Shown here piece by piece: positions 18,875-26,966 of a stretch of 60,881 bases of DNA (position 1 is the stretch's first letter; each line of letters starts with the position of its first letter). The stretch is from a virus: IMG/VR virus record IMGVR_UViG_2528311097_000001; one strand, written 5' to 3'. The notes beneath the pieces were generated by a model. The model ran no database searches, was not told the origin of the DNA, and saw only the letters and a list, made by a program, of their open reading frames with translations. The position numbers and the translations under genes were made by a program.

Positions 18875-20099
18875 ATTTGGCGTCGCCGTGGACGAACTGG
18901 CCCATGCGCTGGCCGATCATCATGCGATCGTACCAGCTCATGGCATCCCAGATCGGGGTGGCGTTCGGGTGGCTCGCCAGCCCCTTCGACCCGTCCTCGT
19001 CGGCGATCACGAGGTTGCCCCGGTCGGGATGCTCGACTTGGTAGACGGCTTGGTGTGGGTGACCGTCGATCTCGAGGAGGTCGTCAGCGAGTTCGCGGGC
19101 GAAGCGCCGCGCCTGGGCCTCTTGCTTGCCACTATCGAGATCCTGGAAGTTCTCAAGCAACCCGAGCTTGTCCTCGTACTGCTGCTTGTCCTCAGGCTCC
19201 CAGACGTCGAACGGGACGCCCTTGTAGCCGAATTTGAGGACATCGCGTTCGCCGACCTTCGACGCATCGCTGATAACCTCCTCTTCTTCCCAGGGGAACT
19301 CACCGTCGTCGTTCAGGAGGTCGGTGCTCTCGAGTGTCGGCTCCGACTCCAGGCTCGACTCGTCAGCGTCCGTCATCGGCTCGTGTGCGCCCGTGCTCGA
19401 CTGGTGTGACGCCGTGGCACTCTCCGAGGGGGCAGGGTTAGACTCGGCCGTCTCGTCCGTTACGGGCTGGTTCTCGCCCCGAATCGCCTCGGGAAGGACG
19501 GCCTCCATCTCCGCTTCGGAGATCTCGTCGTTCCGGTAGGCGTCGCGCACTTGCTCGACGGTCGGGGTGCGATCAGAGCGCCCGGTCACGACTCTGAGGA
19601 CGGTGTTGAGGTTGACCTCCTCGTGGTCGGTTTCGAGTTCGTGATGAGTGCGAGGCTGGCCCTCTGCGCCGTCCGCAGTAGTGTCGTCCTCCCCTTCGTG
19701 CCGAGCCTCGAGCTCCTCTTGCAGGTGGGTGAGTGTGTTGATCGCCTCTTCGCGAGCCTCCTTGGATATCTCGGGATGGTCGAGGTCATCGAGTGTGATA
19801 TCCATCGGATGCTTCCCGCGGAGATGATCGGGGATTCCGATCGAATCCTCGACAGCCCCATCCGACTCGGCGTGCATCTCTCGGAGGCGAGCGACTGCCG
19901 AGTCGTCGTTCTCGGTCGATGACGCTGGGCTGGATGCTCCACTCGTGTCCGGGATGGGGTCCTGATCCTGACGCTGATTCTGATCTCTGTCCCCGATCTC
20001 GGTCTCGATCCCGCTGAACGGCTGTTCGTCGCTCGACTGTGAGCGAGACTGTTCGTCTTGGTGATCGTCGCGATCGCGAGGGTGCGTATCGTCTGGCAT
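18855..20099 (-). CDS. Tail assembly chaperone G with long acidic N-terminal extension
   Basis: Lies between tube and tape measure genes; ends AAA TTT CGA CAG AGG CGC CGC TAA. Confidence 0.7.
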   Translation of the reverse strand: MPDDTHPRDRDDHQDEQSRSQSSDEQPFSGIETEIGDRDQNQRQDQDPIPDTSGASSPASSTENDDSAVARLREMHAESDGAVEDSIGIPDHLRGKHPMDITLDDLDHPEISKEAREEAINTLTHLQEELEARHEGEDDTTADGAEGQPRTHHELETDHEEVNLNTVLRVVTGRSDRTPTVEQVRDAYRNDEISEAEMEAVLPEAIRGENQPVTDETAESNPAPSESATASHQSSTGAHEPMTDADESSLESEPTLESTDLLNDDGEFPWEEEEVISDASKVGERDVLKFGYKGVPFDVWEPEDKQQYEDKLGLLENFQDLDSGKQEAQARRFARELADDLLEIDGHPHQAVYQVEHPDRGNLVIADEDGSKGLASHPNATPIWDAMSWYDRMMIGQRMGQFVHGDAKFRQRRR

Positions 20100-20191
20100 G
20101 ATGGGTGTCGTGCATCCGAAATGCGGTGTGGATGCGGTACGAAAAAGTGTGCGCTCTCGGGCCGGCAGGTCGTCGCCTGAGGCGGGACGCC

Positions 20192-20593
20192 TCAGATCAC
20201 GAAGTCGCCTTCCCAGTCGCCGGTGTAGAGATACCCGGTGTCGAGCTCGTCCTGGGAGACGTTCGTGAAGCGAACGCCCGTTACTGCATGCCTGCCCTTC
20301 GTGTCATCGTCGGGGAGTGTGTAGGCCACACTCCCGATCTTGCGGGCGAGAATCGCCTCATACATCGCCGAGACGCTCGGCGACGTTGGATAGAGGCTGA
20401 ACGACCCGCTGGGGTCGACCGGGCGATCGTAGTGGACGGTGTCGCCCTCAATAGCTCGCTCGCGCTCGCTCGGGTCCTCGATCTCGAAATCGAAGCCCGA
20501 AAAACGAATGAGCGGGACGCCAAGGACGTTCCCGGTTGCTTCTTCGACGGCGACGCGAGTGGACTGTCCGCTCGGGGTTTGTTTGATTGACAT
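20192..20593 (-). CDS. Tail tube protein
   Basis: 133 aa beta-rich protein directly after sheath (SGSFSLYPTS...Y...W). Confidence 0.8.
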   Translation of the reverse strand: MSIKQTPSGQSTRVAVEEATGNVLGVPLIRFSGFDFEIEDPSERERAIEGDTVHYDRPVDPSGSFSLYPTSPSVSAMYEAILARKIGSVAYTLPDDDTKGRHAVTGVRFTNVSQDELDTGYLYTGDWEGDFVI

Positions 20594-20612
20594 TGGTGAA
20601 TCCTCCAGTCAG

Positions 20613-21986
20613 TTACAGCGTGGCCCGGATCGTCCCGCTCATGCGGTGGACGGGCTCGTTCAGGTTGATCAGCAGCTCGATGTTCTCCCAGATTCGATTG
20701 GCCCGCTCTTCGCGAGCCGTGTCTTCGGGCTCGGGGACGTTGTGTCCGACCGAGGTGAACATCGCGTTACGCCCACCGATGGCGTCGGCGAACTCCTCTT
20801 CGATGGCCTGCTCGATATCGGTCTTCGTGTACTGATCGAACGACCGATCGTCGGATCGGAGCAAGTCCTGCAGTGCGAGCTTCGCACGGTTCTTCGCGTA
20901 GGCGACGCGTCGCGTCCGGTCGAGGTAGCGATAGTCGTCTTCGATCCCGGCCGTCGTGAGCGAGTTCGTCGCGTACACACCGCCGTCGTCCTCGAGGACG
21001 TTCGACGGGCCGCTTCCCTCGTCACCACCTTCGAAGGTGCCCGAGAGACCCACATCGCCGATCAGGCGAGTGTACCGCGTGTTGTTCGGCACGCTCGCAG
21101 CGATCGACTTGTAGATGATGTTGTAGTCGACATCGTTCGTCGAGTAGAGCCCCGCGATCCGACCGCCGAGGCCATCGGTCGGCGATTCGTTCGCCATCGG
21201 TAGGACCCACTTCGAGGGGGCGTAGCCACCGACCTCATGGGCGAGCGCGAGCCCCTCCTCGGGCCGGTCGAACGTCTGGCCGTTGACGTACGGCTGCACT
21301 CGCATGACCTCCTCGGCGTCCATCCACGGGCCGAGTTCGTCCATGTCCCCGATCGAGTGATAGCCATACCGGTGGTTCGCGAGATCGATGATGTCGACCG
21401 TGACGCTCTCGAGTTCGTCGAACGCGTCACGCCACGGGAGTGTCGAGTAGGTGATCTCGATTCCAGTGCCGGTTCCGGACGTCTCGGTGTCGGTGGTCAG
21501 TTCGCCGGTATCACGGTTGAGCGCGGCCAGTGGTGGGGCGTCGACGGACTCCTCGCGACGCTCCTCGGCCTCCGTGATGTCCGGCGGGGCACTAATCACG
21601 TCGACGACCTCGGCATCAGTATCGTCGATAGTGACGGTGACGTCCTCGAGGCCGGTGATCGGCGTGTTCTCGACCTGAGCGGTGTCGGTCGCTTCGGCAG
21701 CGCCGAACGTCTCGGTGTGCTCGCTGGCCTCGAGGACCATCGCACGGAGCATCTCCGTGCCTTCGCCGAAGACCTCCATCGCGGCAGTGTGGACGTCGCT
21801 ATCCTCGCCGAAGTCATCGGCGACCGCGCTGGCGTCGGTGTAGTGTGACAGGCTGTTGAAGCCTGCCGTCGGTTCCTCTGCAGTCGGCGCACTGCCGATC
21901 AGTGCGACCTCCTGCAGGGTATCTCGCGGACTCGCCGCGAACTCTTCCTCAACGGTGAATGAAACTGCGTTATCGATGCGTGGCAT
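20613..21986 (-). CDS. Tail sheath protein
   Basis: Y.DASAVADDFGEDSDVH.AA N-terminus; C-terminal YLDRTRR...ERANRIW.NI...L.EPVH.. Confidence 0.85.
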   Translation of the reverse strand: MPRIDNAVSFTVEEEFAASPRDTLQEVALIGSAPTAEEPTAGFNSLSHYTDASAVADDFGEDSDVHTAAMEVFGEGTEMLRAMVLEASEHTETFGAAEATDTAQVENTPITGLEDVTVTIDDTDAEVVDVISAPPDITEAEERREESVDAPPLAALNRDTGELTTDTETSGTGTGIEITYSTLPWRDAFDELESVTVDIIDLANHRYGYHSIGDMDELGPWMDAEEVMRVQPYVNGQTFDRPEEGLALAHEVGGYAPSKWVLPMANESPTDGLGGRIAGLYSTNDVDYNIIYKSIAASVPNNTRYTRLIGDVGLSGTFEGGDEGSGPSNVLEDDGGVYATNSLTTAGIEDDYRYLDRTRRVAYAKNRAKLALQDLLRSDDRSFDQYTKTDIEQAIEEEFADAIGGRNAMFTSVGHNVPEPEDTAREERANRIWENIELLINLNEPVHRMSGTIRATL

Positions 21987-22057
21987 CTGTCAGTTGTGTC
22001 TCCTGTCTGTGATCGTGCCGCAGCTCGCGGCGATGATGGTTCTCTGCATTGGACTGC

Positions 22058-22783
22058 TCACTTCGTGTCGTACGGTTCGATCTCCTCGCCGTCGATGGCC
22101 GGCGTCGGATGGACACCCGCCTCACTCACGAGGTAGCGATACTCGGTCCACTCGTCGGCATATGCCAGTTCGACCGCGGCGTCGTACTGTGCGCCCGCGG
22201 CGTCGACCTGGTCGGTGACGTCCTTGGGCCCCCGCCCCGGGATCGGACGAACCGTTATCTCCGGGTCGATCTCGTCGGCGTACTGTGCGGGGAGCGACGG
22301 GTCGTCGGGATCGAGCGGAGCACCATCTGAGTCGAAGTGATCAAGCGGACGCGATGGCCAGCGCTCGATCAGGAACGATTTGACCGCATCCGCCAGTGCT
22401 GATGCCCGATCGTTGGGAGTGTACTGCTCGCCCGCGATCGTCGCGTTCCCCCGGGCAGTCACGATCAGGTTGAGGACGTCGTAGACGTCGTATCCCTTCG
22501 TGACCGCACCGTGAGCGTGCCCCTCCTCGACGCCCTCGGGATCGAACACTTCGCGTGAGCGCTCCCGATCGATCGTCTGCTCTTCTTCGAGAACGCCGGT
22601 CGGATCGAGAGACATCGTGACCGACTCGTACGGCGGCTCGGGCCGGTCGAAGCTCTGATAGTGCCATCGGAGCTGGGGCTGGATTGCCGTCTGCGAGATC
22701 CCCTCGTCAGGGTGATCGATATCGACCCAGTAGACCTCCGGTAGCGACCTCCGGATCGTCTCGCGTGTTGGCTGGTCGAGCAT
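22058..22783 (-). CDS. Tail terminator-like protein
   Basis: Position before sheath; start set at MLDQ (ATG 22783) to avoid overlap with upstream gene. Confidence 0.55.
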   Translation of the reverse strand: MLDQPTRETIRRSLPEVYWVDIDHPDEGISQTAIQPQLRWHYQSFDRPEPPYESVTMSLDPTGVLEEEQTIDRERSREVFDPEGVEEGHAHGAVTKGYDVYDVLNLIVTARGNATIAGEQYTPNDRASALADAVKSFLIERWPSRPLDHFDSDGAPLDPDDPSLPAQYADEIDPEITVRPIPGRGPKDVTDQVDAAGAQYDAAVELAYADEWTEYRYLVSEAGVHPTPAIDGEEIEPYDTK

Positions 22784-22793
22784 GCTATCAGGT

Positions 22794-23240
22794 CTATCGG
22801 ACGGGGTAGCCGCCACTCTCTTCGTCGCTACTGTCGCCCCGCTCGTCGGCCGTCAGTGCGTACCACGCGATCCGATCGCCGTCGAAGTCCGTCACTTCCG
22901 GCGTGCCGACGCGATAGAGACCCGGCGATTCGTCACGGGCGTCGTCGAACGCCAGCCGGTCGCCCCGAGTGATTCCTCGCTCGAGCATCGCACACAGTGC
23001 ATACTCGACGTCCTCGTCGGGCCCCTCGACGGCCCGGTCGAACGGCGAGACCTCCGGCGAGACGATGAGTAGTTCCATCTCGACGGGATCGCCGAACTCG
23101 TAGTCGGTCGAGCCATCGGTATCGCTATCGACGGCCTCGCCCGGACGCCAGACGACCGGCCGAGTAAAATCGGGATCGTCGATGACGCCGGCCAGTGAGT
23201 CATTCCACGGGCCAGCGTCGGTGGAGGCGTGCCAGGACAT
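22794..23240 (-). CDS. Head closure/stopper-like protein
   Basis: 148 aa, ITRGDRL..D....YRV pattern; neck position. Confidence 0.55.
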   Translation of the reverse strand: MSWHASTDAGPWNDSLAGVIDDPDFTRPVVWRPGEAVDSDTDGSTDYEFGDPVEMELLIVSPEVSPFDRAVEGPDEDVEYALCAMLERGITRGDRLAFDDARDESPGLYRVGTPEVTDFDGDRIAWYALTADERGDSSDEESGGYPVR

Positions 23241-23243
23241 GAT

Positions 23244-23684
23244 CTACCGGATCGCCATGCCGAACTTCAGCGCCAGGATCGCCTTCGCGATGCGCTTCGT
23301 GAGGACTGACCGCAGATGTCCGGCCCGGAGGTGTGTCTTCGCCGGACCCAGGACCTTCCGCGGTGGGATGTCTTCGGTCCCCCATTCGTGTATCTGGATC
23401 TTCGGATCGGCGATGCCCAACGTGACAGCGTTAGGCCCCGACCGACTCACGAACCCGCTCTGTCGCATGCTGCCGCTCTCGCGAAGGATCCGACTGTGCC
23501 CCTTCTTCCGAATCGTCGACTCGGCCAGCGGCGTCCATGACCGCCCGAGAGCGTCTTTGTCCTGGTCCCAGTTGCGTTCGATCCGTTCGAGTTCCGATCG
23601 GGCGGCCTCCAGTAGCCCCGTCGAGAAGGCCGCGACGATCGCCGTCTCGGCCTCTCGGAGGTTGTCGGATCGGTTGACTGGCAT
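23244..23684 (-). CDS. Virion morphogenesis (Mu gpG/tail completion-like) protein
   Basis: SWTPLAESTIRKKGHSRILRESGSMRQS...IHEWGTEDIPPR.VLG. Confidence 0.8.
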   Translation of the reverse strand: MPVNRSDNLREAETAIVAAFSTGLLEAARSELERIERNWDQDKDALGRSWTPLAESTIRKKGHSRILRESGSMRQSGFVSRSGPNAVTLGIADPKIQIHEWGTEDIPPRKVLGPAKTHLRAGHLRSVLTKRIAKAILALKFGMAIR

Positions 23685-23690
23685 GGGCGA

Positions 23691-24296
23691 TTAGCCGTCC
23701 GGGTCGTACTCGGGGTGGTGCGGGTCGCGCCGGGAGAGTCGGGCCGGATTGTTCTCCGACTCCAGACTCAGTTTGACCTGCATCCCACGGGTATCATCAC
23801 CGCCGTTGGGATCGGTCCGGTAGGGCACGTCGTACGTTCCCTTATCCGGGTAGAACTCGCCGGCGACCCCCATCGCTGTCGGGACGAAGATCCGGAGCGT
23901 TTCAGGTGCGCCGCTGGCGTACGGATCGGGGAGGTCGACTCCCTCGAGCCCTGCTTCAGTCGCGCCTGCGCCTTGTCCGGCTCGTTGCATGGCCGGCGAC
24001 GCGCTCGAACTGTTGACGTCAGCCGGCGTGAGGTCGGGCTCTTCGGTCGCGAGATCCGGGCCCGAGGTGAGGACGTCGAGTTCCTCGTCGAGCGCGTCGA
24101 GTGCCGTGCTCCGGGGGTCATCGCGGCGCATCTCGACGCGCCGGAAGGTCCGCAACTGCTCGGCGGTGTACTCGCCAGTGTCGATCGCCTCGCGGAGGTC
24201 GTCGACGGTGTGGTCTGTTTCGGTGAGGCGATCGCGCAGTGCCTCGCCGGCCTGTTCGTGCGTGCCGCTCAGTGGATGGTCGTCTGTTAGTGGCAT
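23691..24296 (-). CDS. Hypothetical virion protein with small helical domain
   Basis: Start MPLTDD; TVDDLREAI...EQLRTFRRVE...R helical motif also in 24721..25320. Confidence 0.55.
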   Translation of the reverse strand: MPLTDDHPLSGTHEQAGEALRDRLTETDHTVDDLREAIDTGEYTAEQLRTFRRVEMRRDDPRSTALDALDEELDVLTSGPDLATEEPDLTPADVNSSSASPAMQRAGQGAGATEAGLEGVDLPDPYASGAPETLRIFVPTAMGVAGEFYPDKGTYDVPYRTDPNGGDDTRGMQVKLSLESENNPARLSRRDPHHPEYDPDG

Positions 24297-24313
24297 GTAT
24301 GATCCATGTGGTC

Positions 24314-24709
24314 TCAAAACCGGCGGGGCGTCCTGCACGTCCGACGATCGCCAACAGAATGAAGCGAGGGGGTGTTATCTCCCGTAATCTCGTCGAGGAT
24401 TTCATCTCGCCGATTTGAAAGCCGGTCGATGAACTCCCCGACATCCCAGCTCTTGTCGACATCTGCAGCGCCCTTCGCGTCGAGGAATGCCTGTTTGTCC
24501 GAAGTGATGACGCGCCATGCCGCCTCAATGGCGATCGCCTCATCAACATCCGCAGCATCGGCTGATTCAACGCTCCGCTTTTCGACGAATCGAACCGCTC
24601 GCGACAGGTGGTACTCGATCAGGCCCGCGTCGAGATTCTGCTCAGTATCGCCGAGTTCGTAATGGACGGCACTTACACGATCGGTGCCATCACCGCCGTT
24701 CGAAGACAT
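24314..24709 (-). CDS. Head-tail adaptor (gp6/gp15-like)
   Basis: 131 aa helical protein two genes after capsid (IEYHLSRAVRFVE...AIAIEAAW). Confidence 0.6.
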   Translation of the reverse strand: MSSNGGDGTDRVSAVHYELGDTEQNLDAGLIEYHLSRAVRFVEKRSVESADAADVDEAIAIEAAWRVITSDKQAFLDAKGAADVDKSWDVGEFIDRLSNRRDEILDEITGDNTPSLHSVGDRRTCRTPRRF

Positions 24710-24720
24710 AGTCAGTCGGA

Positions 24721-25320
24721 CTACTCAGCGAGATAGTCGCCGATCGCGTTTTTCACGCCGTCGCGGTCATCCCCGCCGGCCTCAGTTTCCCGAAGGGTTT
24801 CGAGCTGCTCGTCGGTGAGGTCAGCTACTTCGAGATCGGATTTGATCTCCGGAATCGTTTGGTCGAGAAACTCTTCGGGTGAGTCGAAACTCTTCTCTGA
24901 ACCGGAATCCTCGGGGTTGGTTCCATCGTCGGCATCGGTGCTAGTCTCGGTGTCGGTAGTCCCGGACTCACTTTCCGGATCTTCGTCTCCGTCGGTGGGG
25001 AGGAGGTTGTCGGCGAACGCCCGAGCGATCCCCGCTTCGAAGTGCTCGATGTCGCCGGGTTGGGCGTCGCCAATCGGAGTTCGGTGGACACGATACTCCC
25101 CCGCCTCGACGGGACCGGGCTGATCGGCAAGAGTCGACGGACCGCCATTGCCACCAACGACCTGCGAGCGGAACTCGTCATCGGGCAGGTCTTCGTCCGC
25201 AGGGTGCAGATTATCCTCGAACGCACTTGCCACGTCCGGCGAGAGTTCGATTGTTTCGCCAGGTTGGGTACCGGCGATGGGCTCGTTCAGGACCTGATAT
25301 TCCTGCGTATCATCTGCCAT
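24721..25320 (-). CDS. Capsid-adjacent protein with two ~37-aa repeats
   Basis: YQVLNEPIAGTQPGETIELSPDVASAFEDNL vs YRVHRTPIGDAQPGDIEHFEAGIARAFADNL. Confidence 0.65.
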   Translation of the reverse strand: MADDTQEYQVLNEPIAGTQPGETIELSPDVASAFEDNLHPADEDLPDDEFRSQVVGGNGGPSTLADQPGPVEAGEYRVHRTPIGDAQPGDIEHFEAGIARAFADNLLPTDGDEDPESESGTTDTETSTDADDGTNPEDSGSEKSFDSPEEFLDQTIPEIKSDLEVADLTDEQLETLRETEAGGDDRDGVKNAIGDYLAE

Positions 25321-25326
25321 GCGCTA

Positions 25327-26397
25327 TCAGGCCTCCGAATCAGTACCGGCACCAGCGAAGTGAACGATGCCGGTGTTGCCGTCCTGGTTGTGCTTGATCC
25401 TGGGCGCGAGCAGGTGGTAGAGTTTGAACTGGTTCACGACGCCACCATGGCTATCCCACGAGAGGTTGAGTGGGCCGTCGGGAAGACGCGCCATGTCGAT
25501 GACCTGCGGACTGGGCTTGAACAGGACCGCCTCGCCGTCGGGCATCCGCGGAACGTGGACGATTCGGTCAAGATCCGAGATTTCCTCGAGACGATCCCGG
25601 GTCGAGGTGTCGTTGATTGCGGTGGTCTCGTAATCGCGGTTGAAGTACGTGTCCTGCTTCGTCGCAGTGAGCAGCCACATGCCCGACCCCTCAGCGTAGT
25701 ACTTCCGGTCTTTCAGCTGACCGATGCCTTCGAGGACGTCGTTCTTCGCCGTCGGACCATCGTCCCACGTCCCGGACGTGGGCTGCTGAAGCCGCCCTTC
25801 GACGTTCAGCATACCAGGGCAGCCAAGCGTGTAGCCCTGCTGGGTCGTCAACTGGATGCGCGACCCGTAGAGCATCGTGTCTTCGAGGAGCTCGGACGCG
25901 CTCTCGCCCGCACCTTCGGCGTACTGTGCCTCGATGTCCGTGCCGTAGGCGATCGCCTTCTCGATCTGGGCCTGTGGGATGCGGTAGTCCTTGATCGTGT
26001 AGGGCACGGCAATCCCTTCACGACCCTGTGCGAGTGCGCCCTCTTCGCTGCGAGTCATGAGATCCGAAGAGTGCTCGGCCTCATTCATCCGCCCACGGAT
26101 CCCCCACGAGGTTTCGGTCTCCCACCACTGGAGGTCGTGGGTCAGCTCCGCCTCCTCGAACAACTGCACGAGGACGAGGTTGTCGTACATCGGGGCCATG
26201 ACCGTATCGTCGATCGAGTCGAGGATGGCCGGCGGGAGCGACGATGCATTGACGCGAAGTTCGTCGCGTTCTTCGGCCGAGTTGGCGTTGAGCTGGTCTC
26301 GAACGCTGCCGCCCATCTGCCCCTTGGCGGTCTGATTGAGTCCCTGTCCATCGAGTCCTGTCTGCCCGTCATTCATGTAGTAGTCCTGAGTGCTCAT
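25327..26397 (-). CDS. Major capsid protein (HK97 fold, Linocin-M18/DUF2184-like)
   Basis: PYTIKDYRIP...AQYAEGAGESASELLEDTMLYG; size 356 aa; position after scaffold and cement genes. Confidence 0.85.
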   Translation of the reverse strand: MSTQDYYMNDGQTGLDGQGLNQTAKGQMGGSVRDQLNANSAEERDELRVNASSLPPAILDSIDDTVMAPMYDNLVLVQLFEEAELTHDLQWWETETSWGIRGRMNEAEHSSDLMTRSEEGALAQGREGIAVPYTIKDYRIPQAQIEKAIAYGTDIEAQYAEGAGESASELLEDTMLYGSRIQLTTQQGYTLGCPGMLNVEGRLQQPTSGTWDDGPTAKNDVLEGIGQLKDRKYYAEGSGMWLLTATKQDTYFNRDYETTAINDTSTRDRLEEISDLDRIVHVPRMPDGEAVLFKPSPQVIDMARLPDGPLNLSWDSHGGVVNQFKLYHLLAPRIKHNQDGNTGIVHFAGAGTDSEA

Positions 26398-26922
26398 TTA
26401 CATCATCACCTCCAGACGGATTCGGTTGGGGCCGTCTGACTCCCCACTCGTGTCAACGCCTTCGAGGGCGCGAACGATCGCGTTCTCTGCAGTCTCGCCA
26501 CCGCCGCTGTCGATCGAACGGAACGTCCCGTCACCGTTCGAAACGAGGAGATCGTCCTCTTCAACCGTGTTGCCGTCGGCGAGAAGGCCCCACACACGGT
26601 GGAGCTTATCGAACCCGGCGAACAGCGCGGTATCACCCGCAAAGTGAGTTGCGTTGTTGACCGTCGAGAGTTCGTTCGCGAAGATATCGGTATCGTCGGC
26701 GAGCATTCCCCAGTCGCGCTTTTCGACGGCGAACATCGGCGATGCCGGGCCGCCGTCTTCGGAGTGGTTCTGGAGCTCGTCGCCGTTTCGCTCGACAAGT
26801 GCCCCTGGCCGAATGTCTTCGGCCGCGGGAAGGTCGTCGACTTCGATTTCGTCCATGCCGCGGAGGATGGCGGTGTGGGGGCTGTACGTCTCTGCGTTCG
26901 GATTCGGAGATTTGAATGGCAT
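26398..26922 (-). CDS. Capsid stabilising/cement protein
   Basis: IRPGALVE...; VEEDDLLVSNGDGT beta-tulip-like pattern; between protease and MCP. Confidence 0.65.
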   Translation of the reverse strand: MPFKSPNPNAETYSPHTAILRGMDEIEVDDLPAAEDIRPGALVERNGDELQNHSEDGGPASPMFAVEKRDWGMLADDTDIFANELSTVNNATHFAGDTALFAGFDKLHRVWGLLADGNTVEEDDLLVSNGDGTFRSIDSGGGETAENAIVRALEGVDTSGESDGPNRIRLEVMM

Positions 26923-26966
26923 CTACGTGTACCTGTGTTGAGTATCGCAGTCAGTCGCGAATCGAC

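Noticed and set aside
18870-18878. AAATTTC as a -1 slippery heptamer
   Set aside because: Phase is wrong: G reads AAA TTT CGA, and the open downstream frame is +1
7911-21986. Extracellular contractile injection system or tailocin
   Set aside because: Capsid, portal, protease and terminases are all present and intact, so this is a virus
25042-26439. Long plus-strand ORFs (e.g. 25042..26439, 16894..18078, 4314..5438, 58700..59587)
   Set aside because: Antisense shadows of real minus-strand genes in GC-rich DNA; Arg/Val-rich, non-acidic, no motifs
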